From positions 2,081-66,080 of the forward strand of contig QZJY01000070.1 in assembly GCA_003597995.1 (NCBI GenBank): a stretch of DNA of 64,000 nucleotides. Direction: 5' to 3'. This DNA comes from Dehalococcoidia bacterium. Lineage in GTDB: Bacteria; Chloroflexota; Dehalococcoidia; Dehalococcoidales; UBA1222. The notes below the pieces were generated by a model that saw only the letters and a program-made list of their open reading frames with translations, had not been told where the DNA came from and made no database searches. Position numbers and translations under genes: made by a program. Positions 40,602-50,818 of this stretch are shown one piece after another. Every line of letters starts with the position of its first letter. Position 1 is the first letter of the stretch.

Positions 40602-41417
40602 GTGGGAATATTTAAAATCGCATTCATCGGCGGGGGCAATATGGGACAGGCCATGGCCGCCGCCGTCATTAAAAACCACCTGGCCGAACCGCAGGATGTT
40701 TCCATCAGTGACGTCAGCCAGCCCCTCCTCGACAGGCTCAAGAAAGAGATGAGCGTCTTTACCTCTACCAACAACCTGGAGGTGGCCGGGCGCGGAGAGA
40801 TAATCGTGCTCTCTGTGAAGCCTCAAACACTTGCTGCCGTGATGGCTGAACTGAGCGGTAAGCTCAACCCAAAAACGCTGGTCTTTTCCATCATCGCGGG
40901 CAAGAAGCTGGAAACGCTGGTGGAAGGGCTCAAACACCAAGCCGTGGTGCGCGCCATGCCCAACACGCCGGCGCAGATAGGCAAGGGCGTTACCGCGTGG
41001 ACGGCCACGCGCGACGTCACCCCGGCGCAGCGCGCGAGCGCCGAGGCCATCGTTACGGTGATGGGTAAAGGCATTTATGCGGGTTATGAGTCCTACCTCG
41101 ACCTGGCCACAGCCGTCAGCGGCTCCGGTCCGGCCTACGTCTTCCTCTTCATGGAAGCGCTAATGGCGGGAGCGAAGGAAATCGGCATGCCGGAAGACAT
41201 GGCAAAAACGCTTGTTTTCCAAACCGTGCTCGGCTCCGCGGAGTTCGCTCAAGCCTCATCTAAAGATCTTACAGAGTTGCGGCGTAATGTAACCTCCCCC
41301 GGCGGCACGACGGCAGAAGCCCTCAAGGTGTTCGAGGAGGGCGGTTTCAACGACCTGGTCAAGAAAGCCGTGGCGGCGGCCTACCGCAGGGCGCAGGAGT
41401 TGGGGGCGAAATCCTAA
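40602..41417 (+). CDS. proC: Pyrroline-5-carboxylate reductase
   Basis: IGGGNMG, MPNTPA, SGSGPAY, VTSPGGTT. Confidence 0.97.
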   Translation: MGIFKIAFIGGGNMGQAMAAAVIKNHLAEPQDVSISDVSQPLLDRLKKEMSVFTSTNNLEVAGRGEIIVLSVKPQTLAAVMAELSGKLNPKTLVFSIIAGKKLETLVEGLKHQAVVRAMPNTPAQIGKGVTAWTATRDVTPAQRASAEAIVTVMGKGIYAGYESYLDLATAVSGSGPAYVFLFMEALMAGAKEIGMPEDMAKTLVFQTVLGSAEFAQASSKDLTELRRNVTSPGGTTAEALKVFEEGGFNDLVKKAVAAAYRRAQELGAKS

Positions 41418-41522
41418 ATCCTAATTTCTAAATTCTAAATAAATACAAATACCAAAATACGAAGTTTTGAAAATTTGAGCTTTGGTTTGATTTAGGATTT
41501 GGTGCTTTGTGCTTCGTGCTTG
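41409..41522. repeat. Degenerate heptamer array (AAATCCT-type) and its inverted complement
   Basis: AAATCCTAAATCCTAATTTCTAAATTCT...TTTAGGATTTGGTGCTTT; similar array at ~14197-14228. Confidence 0.65.
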
Positions 41523-41555
41523 GGGATAGGTGGATTTTAAAAAGGGGAGGTAATT

Positions 41556-42041
41556 ATGAACTGGCTGGATATCCTCATACTCATCAGCCTGGCGGCTTCG
41601 GTCATCGGCGGACTGGCCACCGGCATCGTGCGCGGCGTGGTCAACCTGGCGGGCTTAATTTTAGGGATCTTCTTGGCAGGCATGTATTATAAGACCGTGG
41701 GCGGCTGGCTCGGCCTCATCCACAATACGGATGTCGCCAAAACCGTGGCCTTCATTGCCATCATAGTGGTTGTCATGATACTGGCCGGGCTGGTGGGCAA
41801 TCTGCTGCACAAGCTCGTCTCCGGCATCATGCTTGGCTGGCTGGACCACCTGGTAGGCGGCATCCTGGGGCTGCTCATAGGGGCAGTCTCGTGGGGAGCG
41901 TTACTGGCACTGTGGGTTAACTTCTTTAGCACGGGTGCGGTGAGCGGTTCTAATATGGCCAGAATACTCTTGGACAAGTTTCCGCTGGTGCTGGGGCTGC
42001 TGCCTGCCAGCTTCGACAAAGTCAAGAATTTCTTCACGTAG
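41556..42041 (+). CDS. cvpA: CvpA family membrane protein
   Basis: MNWLDILI, GWLDHLVGGILG. Confidence 0.88.
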   Translation: MNWLDILILISLAASVIGGLATGIVRGVVNLAGLILGIFLAGMYYKTVGGWLGLIHNTDVAKTVAFIAIIVVVMILAGLVGNLLHKLVSGIMLGWLDHLVGGILGLLIGAVSWGALLALWVNFFSTGAVSGSNMARILLDKFPLVLGLLPASFDKVKNFFT

Positions 42042-42144
42042 AGACTATCGCGCTATCTAGTGAGGGGCGGGTTTCAAACCCGCCCCAGCATTTTAGAACG
42101 ACCTGAGAGCCGCTTGCGTATTATATCTCGCGGATAGAGTGAGC

Positions 42145-42411
42145 CTAGGTTACCTTGGGCGTCTCGCCGGGGTGAATCTTCTGCCATTTCGCCAGAAGCT
42201 GGTCGCGGTTCTCCTGATAGGCCGGGTCGGGGACAACGGAGGCCACCGGGCAGATCTCGACGCATTGTTGTTTGGTATGGCTGCCGACGCACTCGCTGCA
42301 GAGCTCCGGGTCTATCACGTATATAGTGCTGCCTTCTTTGATGGCCTTATTAGGGCACTCGGGCTCACAGGCCCCGCAGCTTATGCAGTCGTCGTTAATC
42401 TTGTAAGCCAT
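42145..42411 (-). CDS. YfhL-family 2x[4Fe-4S] ferredoxin
   Basis: CISCGACEPECP, CSECVG...CVEICP. Confidence 0.93.
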   Translation of the reverse strand: MAYKINDDCISCGACEPECPNKAIKEGSTIYVIDPELCSECVGSHTKQQCVEICPVASVVPDPAYQENRDQLLAKWQKIHPGETPKVT

Positions 42412-42535
42412 TTAAAAATATCCTCCTGATTTGTCTATCAATATACAATATTCTCTGGAGCAATGTCTCTTTGTTGATGGCATCCTTGTTTTTGAGATAC
42501 GGTCGAATCTCAAAGTGCCTTTGAAAAGATACCAA

Positions 42536-43021
42536 TTACTTGCTGGTAGCCACTTTCTTCTTTACGGCCCGGGCCACGTTCAGGGGGACCCAATCGTCAA
42601 TCTTGCCCCCCAGCCGCGCCACCTCTTTGAGCAGGCTGGAACTGAGGAACTGGTATTGCGGGCTGGCCATGAAGCAGACCATCTCCAGCTCCGGCGAGAG
42701 CTTGTTGGTCATCATGGCCAGGTCGAACTCGAACTCGAAATCGGCGCTCACCCTGAGGCCGCGCACCATCACTGGCGCACAGACCTTTTTGGCGAAATCC
42801 ACGGTGAGACCGCTGTAAGGCTGCACTTCAATATTAGGCGTGTTTTTAACGGCCTTGCGCGCCAGTTCGACCCTTTCGGTCTGGCTGAACATGAGTTTTT
42901 TTTCGGGCGTGTCGTAAACCCCGATGATGACTTTGTCGAAGACGCGTGCGGCGCGTTGCGCCACGTCAAGGTGTCCGTTGGTAATGGGGTCGAAGCTGCC
43001 GGGGTAAATTGCGGTGGTCAA
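42536..43021 (-). CDS. coaD: Phosphopantetheine adenylyltransferase
   Basis: YPGSFDPITNGH, RGLR, SSSLLKE. Confidence 0.97.
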   Translation of the reverse strand: MTTAIYPGSFDPITNGHLDVAQRAARVFDKVIIGVYDTPEKKLMFSQTERVELARKAVKNTPNIEVQPYSGLTVDFAKKVCAPVMVRGLRVSADFEFEFDLAMMTNKLSPELEMVCFMASPQYQFLSSSLLKEVARLGGKIDDWVPLNVARAVKKKVATSK

Positions 43022-43572
43022 GATATATGCTCCTTTCGGTAGATGGCGATGGTGCTGTCGCCGTGGCGGTATTCGCGTTTCATGACAAGCGCTCCGTATC
43101 TTGCTTCCAGTTTGAATCTGGACGAGTGGGTGATGACTACCGTCGTCCCTTCCCCCACCAGTTTCGATGCCGCCAGTTGTTCAATGGTGCTTCCAATGCC
43201 GGTGTCTTTGTAGGGCGGGTCCATCAGCACGATGTTGTATTCCCCGTCCAGCATGGAAATAGCCCGGCTTACCGTCGTGCAGTGCACTTTAGCTTGGCCG
43301 CCGAGTCTGGTTTTCTCCAGGTTTTCCTTGATTATAGCACAGCAGCGCGGTTCCTGGTCAACGAAATCCAAGCTGCCGGCGCCCCGGCTGAGAGCCTCAA
43401 TGCCCAGTGAGCCCGAGCCCGAAAAGAGGTCGAGTACGCGCGACCAGTCTTCTACCGAGGAATCCAGAATGGAGAAGATAGCGCCTCTAACCAGTTCGGT
43501 GGCGGGGCGCGTGGGGGTGCCTTTGGGGACTTTAAGCGGAAAGCCCTTGGCGCTGCCGGCGATGACTCTCAT
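43018..43572 (-). CDS. rsmD: 16S rRNA m2G966 methyltransferase
   Basis: MRVIAG, LDLFSGSGSLGIEALSRGA, DPPY. Confidence 0.95.
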   Translation of the reverse strand: MRVIAGSAKGFPLKVPKGTPTRPATELVRGAIFSILDSSVEDWSRVLDLFSGSGSLGIEALSRGAGSLDFVDQEPRCCAIIKENLEKTRLGGQAKVHCTTVSRAISMLDGEYNIVLMDPPYKDTGIGSTIEQLAASKLVGEGTTVVITHSSRFKLEARYGALVMKREYRHGDSTIAIYRKEHIS

Positions 43573-43721
43573 ATAGGTAATTATAACCGATATGCGTGAT
43601 TTTTGCGGGGAAGTCTGGGAATAACCGTTGGCGTGAAGATTCTTTGAATCTTGCTCTCGCTCGATCCCTGCCATCAAGCGAAAGAAGAAAGCCGATGTGA
43701 TTAATCTCATTAGGGTCTAAT

Positions 43722-43812
43722 TCCCCGCCGCTTGCGGCGAATCCGGTAAGTATATCCAGATTCACAAAGATCAACTAAGATTATTGTGATACCCCGACGC
43801 TTGCGTCGGGGA
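43722..43812. repeat. Two IS200/IS605-end-like hairpins
   Basis: CCCCGCCGCTTGCGGCG and CCCCGACGCTTGCGTCGGGG at the left edge of the accessory block. Confidence 0.5.
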
Positions 43813-43943
43813 GAATGTCATTATATTTTAGAGTATCGCAATCGATATGCTGCTATACTGCTTCTCTTGGATTCTAAAGGCATCAATGCGTTCGGTTATG
43901 AAAATCCCAATGGACATGGCGTCCAACTGCTGGTAAGAGATGT

Positions 43944-44552
43944 TTATTTAGGCTTGAGGGAAGCTATTGAATGCACACTGGCGGGAACTTCCTTGAAATC
44001 CAGTTCACCGACATTTACATTAATAAGGCTTTTCACCGTGCCTTCTATGGCTGTGAAGGGCAACCATGTCTGATACCAGATCTTGCTTACTCGGCTGCGG
44101 ACACTCTCATATTCACAAACGAGGTAATAGGTTTTGTGTAGTTCAAGTTTGATAGGAACGAACGTTAAAGCCTGCTCGTTGTTGCGCAGGAAACCCAGAG
44201 TCTCACCCTGCAGGACAGCCTTTTCCGCGTTCATTAAAGAGATTTTCAAGCTTATAGCCGGACTGTTACCGGCGTTAAATAGCTCAAAGTGCGAAAAATG
44301 GGAAGTCAGCGGGCGGTCATCAGTTTTCTGCGCACCTTTGGGAGCGGACACGCTATCAGCCACATAAGTCGTTGCAGCCTCATGAACCACCGCCCTGATA
44401 ACCAACAAGGGGCGGGATGCCATGGCCACTTCAGCCCTCGTCTCGTCCAGATTTTTTTCTAGTTGTTTCTTTGACTGGATGGAATAATAGAAACCGGTTA
44501 TAACGAGTACCATGGTTAAAACGGCTGTAATTAAGAAAAGAAAACTATCCAT
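43944..44552 (-). CDS. Hypothetical protein with N-terminal TM anchor
   Basis: 202-aa ORF, AGGAG RBS. Confidence 0.7.
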   Translation of the reverse strand: MDSFLFLITAVLTMVLVITGFYYSIQSKKQLEKNLDETRAEVAMASRPLLVIRAVVHEAATTYVADSVSAPKGAQKTDDRPLTSHFSHFELFNAGNSPAISLKISLMNAEKAVLQGETLGFLRNNEQALTFVPIKLELHKTYYLVCEYESVRSRVSKIWYQTWLPFTAIEGTVKSLINVNVGELDFKEVPASVHSIASLKPK

Positions 44553-44656
44553 TGTCTTTATCTCCTAGCAGGCATTATCCGCCTTTGACCTGGCAGACGT
44601 GGGCTGAGACACCCAGCGTTTGCGGCAAAACATTCATAATTTCATCATTGGATTTC

Positions 44657-45802
44657 TCAAAAGGAATTTGGATTAGGTCTAAAGTTGTATTGCCGCAGCA
44701 GCGCCTTCAATTCGGGGATATCAAAAGCCTGTTGACTATCCTCGCCATACTGCTTCTTGATAGCGAGTATTTCGTCTTGCATGGCGAAGAAAGCATCCAC
44801 TACATCCGGGTCAAAGTGGCTTTCCCTTCCCTCCCTGATAATTGCCAGCGACTCTCCCACGGAGAATGGTTTTCTGTATGGCCGTCTGGATGTCAGCGCA
44901 TCGAATACATCTGCGATTGCCGCGATGCGTGCGGCGATCGGTATCTCTATACCCTTTAGCCTGTTTGGATAACCGCTTCCATCCCACTTCTCGTGATGGC
45001 ACATGGACATAGTTTCTCCCATACGGATGAATTCGGCGTCCGAGCCCTCGAGGATTCTTGCACCGATGACCGTATGTAGTTTCATGATTTCCCATTCCAT
45101 TGAGTCAAGCTTGGCTGGTTTCATCAGAATGGCGTCGGGTATACCTATCTTACCCAAATCGGTCATAGGCGCTGCATAAATAATGGTTTCAATAGTATTT
45201 TCGTCCAAACCCATGCGGCGGGCAACGGCAGCGGAATAATTGCTCATACGCTTGATGTGTGCGTCAGTGTCATCGTTCTTGTACTCGGAGGCCATGGACA
45301 GGCGGTAAATCGTCTCCAGCGAGGCGGCTTTTATCTTCTCGAAGGCTTGCTTTAATTCTTCGGTCCTGCTGGTTACCTCGGACTCCAACTCTTTGCGGTA
45401 ATTAACCATCAAGTCGTTGTAGGCTTTGACCTTAAGCAGGGACCGCACCCGGGCTAAAAGCTCCATTTTGTCAACAGGCTTTGAAAGAAAATCGTCACAA
45501 CCGGCTTCAATTCCCTTTACCCGGTCTTCAGTTTCCCGCAATGCGGTAACCAAGATTATCGGAAGCAGCCGATTTTTATCATCTTGCCTGACCCTGCGGA
45601 TAACTTCAAAACCATCCATGCCGGGCATCATTACGTCCAGCAGAATCAGGTCGATTTTATTGCCGGAAAGTTTCCCCAGCGCTTCTTCACCGCTTGTTGC
45701 TTTGACAACTTCATAACCCGGCGGAACAAGATATGCTTCGAGCAGCTCAATGTTTTGGGGCTGGTCATCGACAACCAGGATTACCGGTTTGTCTTTTATC
45801 AT
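44657..45802 (-). CDS. Response regulator with degenerate HD-GYP domain
   Basis: REC (VVDD, LLDVMMP, SKP); TDLGKIGIPD, HHEKWDGSGYP, RRPYRK. Confidence 0.93.
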   Translation of the reverse strand: MIKDKPVILVVDDQPQNIELLEAYLVPPGYEVVKATSGEEALGKLSGNKIDLILLDVMMPGMDGFEVIRRVRQDDKNRLLPIILVTALRETEDRVKGIEAGCDDFLSKPVDKMELLARVRSLLKVKAYNDLMVNYRKELESEVTSRTEELKQAFEKIKAASLETIYRLSMASEYKNDDTDAHIKRMSNYSAAVARRMGLDENTIETIIYAAPMTDLGKIGIPDAILMKPAKLDSMEWEIMKLHTVIGARILEGSDAEFIRMGETMSMCHHEKWDGSGYPNRLKGIEIPIAARIAAIADVFDALTSRRPYRKPFSVGESLAIIREGRESHFDPDVVDAFFAMQDEILAIKKQYGEDSQQAFDIPELKALLRQYNFRPNPNSF

Positions 45803-45836
45803 CTATCCCTTTTGAATTTGACTATTCAACATAAAC

Positions 45837-46202
45837 TCATTTAATAAATTGGCTGATTTCCTTGGCGAAGGTGCGCGTGTTAATTGGCTTGCCTATGAAT
45901 CCGGAGTTTGGTATAGCGTTTATCGCTTCTCGGCCTTCCACCATTACGGATGCCGTGACAAAAACGATGGGGATATCGCGCGTGGTTTTATCTTGCCGCA
46001 ATATTCTGGCAGCTTCGGTACCGCGCATATCGGGAAGTCTCACATCCATAACAATAATATCCGGTTTTTCTTTCCGGGCAATGGCAATTCCGCCGGAAGC
46101 ATTTTCAGATATAAATACCTCGAATCCGGCGACCTCCAGGAGGTCTTTTTCCAGAATAAGATTGTTTCCATTATCATCGACGATTAATGCTCTCTTCCCC
46201 AT
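45837..46202 (-). CDS. Single-domain response regulator
   Basis: IVDD, MDVRLP, GKP. Confidence 0.92.
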   Translation of the reverse strand: MGKRALIVDDNGNNLILEKDLLEVAGFEVFISENASGGIAIARKEKPDIIVMDVRLPDMRGTEAARILRQDKTTRDIPIVFVTASVMVEGREAINAIPNSGFIGKPINTRTFAKEISQFIK

Positions 46203-46203
46203 C

Positions 46204-48576
46204 TCATATCACCTTCCTGGATACAATAGGCAGAGTAAACCTGACTTTGGTGCCTTTGTTTAGCCCTTCTGATTCTACGGAAAAATTCCCGCCGTGCAGC
46301 TCAACCAGCTTTTTTGAAAGCGGCAAACCTAGCCCGGTTCCCTCAGTTACCCGGGAATACGGCGTATCGACACGGAAAAACCCTTCAAATATTTTCCCGA
46401 TATTTTCGGATGCGATACCGACCCCCGTATCCCAGACTACTATTTCCACCGCGGAACCGGCTTTCTTTGCCCGCATACCAATTCTACCGCCGTTGGGGGT
46501 AAACTTAACGGCGTTTGAAAGAAGGTTGTAAATTATCTCTTTTACCTTGAGCTCATCGGCCTCTATATCGGGCAGATCTTCGGCTATTTCGAGTGACATT
46601 TCAATTTTCTTTTTACTGACCATATCCGCTACCAGCATGGAAAGCTCATTTAACAGGCTTTTCATAGGCAAGATAGATAAAGCCAGCGTCATTTTTCCGG
46701 CTTCGACTTTTGCCATATCAAGTATCTGATTTATCAGTAAAAGAAGGTGCTTCCCGCTGGTTAAAACGTTATTAACATATTGCTTCTGCTTATCGTTTAA
46801 CGGGCCGAAAGTCTCGTCGTATAATACCTCGGAGAACCCATTAATGGAGTTCAGCGGGGTTCTGAGCTCATGCGACATGTTGGCCAGGAACTCGGATTTA
46901 GCGCGAGCGGCGCGTTTTAACTCGGAAGCCAATTCCTTTAACTCTTCATGGGCTTTTTCCAGGCCGGTTTCTATCTCCTTGCGGTCGGTGATATCCTCAA
47001 TGGCCAGGAGGATGATACGCTCCTTGCCAGACGCTCTTTGAATTTGCCGGGCATTCAGAAGCATGATACGCCGGCCGATAGTTGAAAAATTGTGTTCAAC
47101 CTCATAGTTATCAAAGGTCGTTTTTTGAGGAAGGATGGTTTCCAGCAGTTCCCGCAGCTTGGGGATATTCCATTGTTTATTGCCCAGGTCGTAGATAAGC
47201 TGCCCCACGGTTTCTGCCGGTTCCACCTTGAAGACTTCATAAAAAGAGCGGCTGACCGTGACCACTCTGAGGTCCTGATCCAGAGAAATCAAGGGCTCAC
47301 GCACGGTGTTGATGACGCTCTCAGCGAATTCACTGGCTTCATCCGCGGATTTTTTAATAACCTCGAGTTCTTTGCGGGTCTTTTCCAGACCGGCTTCTAT
47401 CTCCTTACGCTCGGTGATGTCTTCGATGGCCAGGAGGATGATCCGTTCCTTGCCCATCCCCCGTTCGATTTGCCGGGCATTCAGAAGCATGATGCGCCGG
47501 CCGATGGTGGCAAAATTGTGTTCAACCTCATAGTTATCAAAGGTCGTTTTTTGAGGAAGGATGGTTTCCAGCAGTTCCCGCAGCTTGGGAATATCCCATT
47601 GTTTATTGCCCAGGTCATAGATAAGCTGCCCCACGGTTTCCTCGGGCTTTACCTTAAAGAATTCATAGAAGGAACGGCTGACCGCAACCACCCGGAGGTC
47701 TTTATCCAGAACAATTAGAGGTTCTCGCACGGTGTTGATTATGCTCTCGGAGTATTCACTGACGGTTAACAGTTGTTTTGCTTTTTTTTGTTCGGTTATA
47801 TCGTGCATAATAGCCGACACGCCGTATATATTTCCCAGCTTGTCCTTGATTGACGAAAGAGTCAAAGAGACATCAATTACTACTCCATCTTTGCGGATGC
47901 GTTTCGTTTCATAATTTTTAATCAATTCTCCAGCTTGCAGTTTCTTAAGTTGATTGAGTACTTCTTCTTTGTAACCAGGAGGAGCTAAGAGGGAAATATT
48001 TTGGCCATGCATCTCTTTTTCGGAGTAACCAAGTATTTTTTCTGCCCCTTTATTCCAACTGACAATATCCCCCTGCAAAGTTTTCCCGATGATACCATCA
48101 ATCGACGTATTAACAATTGCTGCCAAACCAAGATAAGATTCTTCCATACTCTTGCGCTTGGTGATATCTTCGATAGCCAGGAGAATAACTTTTGGCTTTT
48201 CCGGTGGCATGGGGATCCTCCGTGCATTCAAAAGCATGGTACGTCTGCCAACGCCAGGAAAATCGTGTTCCACCTCATAGTCATCAAAGGTCGCCTTTTG
48301 GGGCAGGATTTCTTCCAGCAGTTCCCTTAGCCTGGGGATATCCCATTGCTTATCACCCAGGTCATAAATTAGCCGCCCTACGGTCTCTGCGGGTTTTACC
48401 TCAAAAACATCATAAAAGGAGCGGCTGGCCGTGACTACCCTTAAATCCTGGTCCAGTACGATTAAAGGTTCACGCACCGTATTGACGATGCTCTCGGCAT
48501 ATTCAGGGGATACCGTAACTGTATTTTTGGGTGGCATATCTTTCTTCCTGCTTTCGGTGATACCGCCGCTCAGCAT
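46204..48576 (-). CDS. Cytoplasmic multi-PAS histidine kinase
   Basis: Four PAS domains, SHELRTPLN, NLLSNAVKF, DTGVGI, GTGLGL. Confidence 0.95.
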   Translation of the reverse strand: MLSGGITESRKKDMPPKNTVTVSPEYAESIVNTVREPLIVLDQDLRVVTASRSFYDVFEVKPAETVGRLIYDLGDKQWDIPRLRELLEEILPQKATFDDYEVEHDFPGVGRRTMLLNARRIPMPPEKPKVILLAIEDITKRKSMEESYLGLAAIVNTSIDGIIGKTLQGDIVSWNKGAEKILGYSEKEMHGQNISLLAPPGYKEEVLNQLKKLQAGELIKNYETKRIRKDGVVIDVSLTLSSIKDKLGNIYGVSAIMHDITEQKKAKQLLTVSEYSESIINTVREPLIVLDKDLRVVAVSRSFYEFFKVKPEETVGQLIYDLGNKQWDIPKLRELLETILPQKTTFDNYEVEHNFATIGRRIMLLNARQIERGMGKERIILLAIEDITERKEIEAGLEKTRKELEVIKKSADEASEFAESVINTVREPLISLDQDLRVVTVSRSFYEVFKVEPAETVGQLIYDLGNKQWNIPKLRELLETILPQKTTFDNYEVEHNFSTIGRRIMLLNARQIQRASGKERIILLAIEDITDRKEIETGLEKAHEELKELASELKRAARAKSEFLANMSHELRTPLNSINGFSEVLYDETFGPLNDKQKQYVNNVLTSGKHLLLLINQILDMAKVEAGKMTLALSILPMKSLLNELSMLVADMVSKKKIEMSLEIAEDLPDIEADELKVKEIIYNLLSNAVKFTPNGGRIGMRAKKAGSAVEIVVWDTGVGIASENIGKIFEGFFRVDTPYSRVTEGTGLGLPLSKKLVELHGGNFSVESEGLNKGTKVRFTLPIVSRKVI

Positions 48577-48665
48577 GGCGTCATCCTGCCAGAGTCAGCG
48601 AAATCTGATTCGTTTCGCTCCAGACGTCCTACCCTATCTTTTCCGTAACTTAACATGAATTTTGG

Positions 48666-49385
48666 CTATTTTTTAGTGCTGTGTCGAACCGGATGGATTT
48701 CCTCAAGTACTACATCTTTTTTACCGGTGTCCAATTTCAGGCCGAAATATTTGGAACGTTCTTCGAAGTTCTCTATCGATTCGTCTTCCCAGGGGATGTA
48801 TTCCAAGGCCGCCGGGCTGCGGAAGGAATAAAGCAGAAGATCAATTACCTCGGTCGAAGAATTGGCCAGCTTCATGACGGTGTCTTTCCTCGCCGCAAAA
48901 ACCTGGCCGGTTATCAGGGTGGGCACATTAGGATAATAGACGTTTATAATCGGGAAGATAGCATTTTTATGGCTCAGTTTAACCTTTTCCTCTGCCAGTA
49001 TCCAGCCATAGGAGAGGCAGGTCGGTGAATACAAAAAGAGGCAGGGTACCATATGAGCCAGCCTGTTAATAGTCATTATCTCGCCCTGTCCGAAAAAGAG
49101 CCCTATTACCGGAACTTTGGAAAGCACTTTACCAAGCTTGGTTAGTTTCAATACCATGCCTGACAAATAGACAATCAATGCACAAAGGATTGCGCCGAAA
49201 CCGAAGAATAAATACTTATCGGGTACAGCAACGCCCAGAATCATTCTCCCGACATTTTCGGCATTGGTGAATAGAAGAATCGTTATATAAATCACCAATA
49301 TAACCGGAAGCCAGAAAACGATACCATAAAGTAAAAAAGTAGATTGGCTTTTTAAAAACTTCAAGTGTTCAGATATCTTCTTCAC
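48666..49385 (-). CDS. DUF502-like membrane protein
   Basis: GTG start with AAAGGAG RBS; two TMs, KVPVIG, YYPNVPTLITG. Confidence 0.65.
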   Translation of the reverse strand: MKKISEHLKFLKSQSTFLLYGIVFWLPVILVIYITILLFTNAENVGRMILGVAVPDKYLFFGFGAILCALIVYLSGMVLKLTKLGKVLSKVPVIGLFFGQGEIMTINRLAHMVPCLFLYSPTCLSYGWILAEEKVKLSHKNAIFPIINVYYPNVPTLITGQVFAARKDTVMKLANSSTEVIDLLLYSFRSPAALEYIPWEDESIENFEERSKYFGLKLDTGKKDVVLEEIHPVRHSTKK

Positions 49386-49479
49386 TAATCTACTCCTTTC
49401 ATTACACTCAAACCGCAGTAGGAGCTGCTGCCGACAACAGCTCCTACACTCGCGGCTTGTTAGCTTCGACTCGTTGGAA

Positions 49480-49662
49480 CTAGGTTGTCTTGTCTTCGAT
49501 GACGGCTTTGGCGGCGCTCTCTTTGACGGATGCAATGCCTTTCATGGCACCGTCCTTGCTCGTATAACCCTCAGACACCGCAACGGTCTCACCGTTGCCA
49601 GCGATGAACTTGAAGCGAAATTCCCCGGATTTATCCTTGTTGATTTCAAACTTGGCTGCCAT
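49480..49662 (-). CDS. YegP/DUF1508 family protein
   Basis: KFEI.KDKSGEFRF..AGNGETVAVSEGY.SK..A.KGIASVK. Confidence 0.9.
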   Translation of the reverse strand: MAAKFEINKDKSGEFRFKFIAGNGETVAVSEGYTSKDGAMKGIASVKESAAKAVIEDKTT

Positions 49663-49781
49663 GTTATTCCTCCTTTATTTATTCTATCGATGTTTTCCAG
49701 ACTAATCTCATCAGGGACCATCCCGTATTGAGCGTAGCAGTAACAGCACACTCACGGCTTGCTAGCTGCGGCTCGCCAGAA

Positions 49782-50378
49782 CTAGGTTGTCTTATCGTTA
49801 ACCAGGGCTACAGGCGCGTTTTCCCTGACGGACTCAATACCGTTCAGCGCACCCTCTTTGGCCGTATAACCCTCAGACACGGCGATGGTCTCCCCGTTTG
49901 AAGCAATGAGCTTAAAGCGGAATTCACCCGCAGTGTCATTGTTTAACTCAAATTTGGCTTCTGCCTTGCGTCTGCCTCTCTTTATGGCTACCAGGCGCAC
50001 AATACCCAGGTATGACTTATACCCATGCTGGCTGTAGTAGTGGTCAAGCTCTGCCAGGTCTTCTTCTTTCTGCCACTTTTCAATCTCTTCCAGCCACTTG
50101 TCCTTGTGCATCCCCGGGGCATTCTTGAGGACCTCTTCCGGCATGTCCAGAACAAACTTCATTGTCTCCGGGTACCACTGCAAAGCATCCCACGGCAGGG
50201 CGAACCATTTATCGCCGAAACCCAGCGTGCCGCCGAAAGCCACCAGGACGAACGCAATTATACCTTCGTGCATATCCACTACGAAGGTTTGCACCTGGCC
50301 CATGTCCTCGTGCTGTTTGTTGACCACATCGTATTGCTTCAATCTGATAGTTGGTACGAACCTCGGTAATTTACTCAT
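49782..50378 (-). CDS. PRC-barrel domain fused to YegP/DUF1508
   Basis: VVN..EDMGQV..FVVD..G.IAFVLVAFGG.LG.GDKWFALPW; C-terminal DUF1508. Confidence 0.85.
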   Translation of the reverse strand: MSKLPRFVPTIRLKQYDVVNKQHEDMGQVQTFVVDMHEGIIAFVLVAFGGTLGFGDKWFALPWDALQWYPETMKFVLDMPEEVLKNAPGMHKDKWLEEIEKWQKEEDLAELDHYYSQHGYKSYLGIVRLVAIKRGRRKAEAKFELNNDTAGEFRFKLIASNGETIAVSEGYTAKEGALNGIESVRENAPVALVNDKTT

Positions 50379-50431
50379 AATATTCCTCCTTATTTAGTAC
50401 TCAGTTGATTCATGGCACAAACTGCCATATG

Positions 50432-50593
50432 CTAGAAAGCCCTGAAAACTCTCTTTAACAGCCAGATGATAATGAGAATGACTGCCAGAACCAGGGCGAT
50501 GTAAATCAGCCCGCCGAGGGTTGGCAACGCGACCATGCCAAACACCCACAAGATTAATAGAATGATACCGATAACCAGTAATAAATCCAGCAT
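50432..50593 (-). CDS. 53-aa lmo0937/DUF5670-like membrane peptide (not in ORF track)
   Basis: GGAGG RBS; MLDLLLVIGIILLILWVFG...GGLIYIALVLAVILII. Confidence 0.8.
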   Translation of the reverse strand: MLDLLLVIGIILLILWVFGMVALPTLGGLIYIALVLAVILIIIWLLKRVFRAF

Positions 50594-50643
50594 GATGACC
50601 TCCTTTCCTTATATTAACGACTCTATTCTTTATCCAATTTTAT

Positions 50644-50754
50644 TTATCTGTTACAGGTTCTGTTCCACAAGTACGCGTACTTTTCGGTTGGCGTCCAGAA
50701 GAACCACTTTATCTGGAATAAGGTCCTGTTGAAGTAATCTGATATTCTTGCCAT
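50644..50754 (-). CDS. Possible 36-aa protein (not in ORF track)
   Basis: GAGGGTGA RBS; MARISDYFNRTLFQIKWFFWTPTEKYAYLWNRTCNR. Confidence 0.5.
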   Translation of the reverse strand: MARISDYFNRTLFQIKWFFWTPTEKYAYLWNRTCNR

Positions 50755-50818
50755 GTATCACCCTCTTCTCTAATTTATATTAATGCATTCACCTTCTTGC
50801 CTGTTGAACGCAGTGCCA

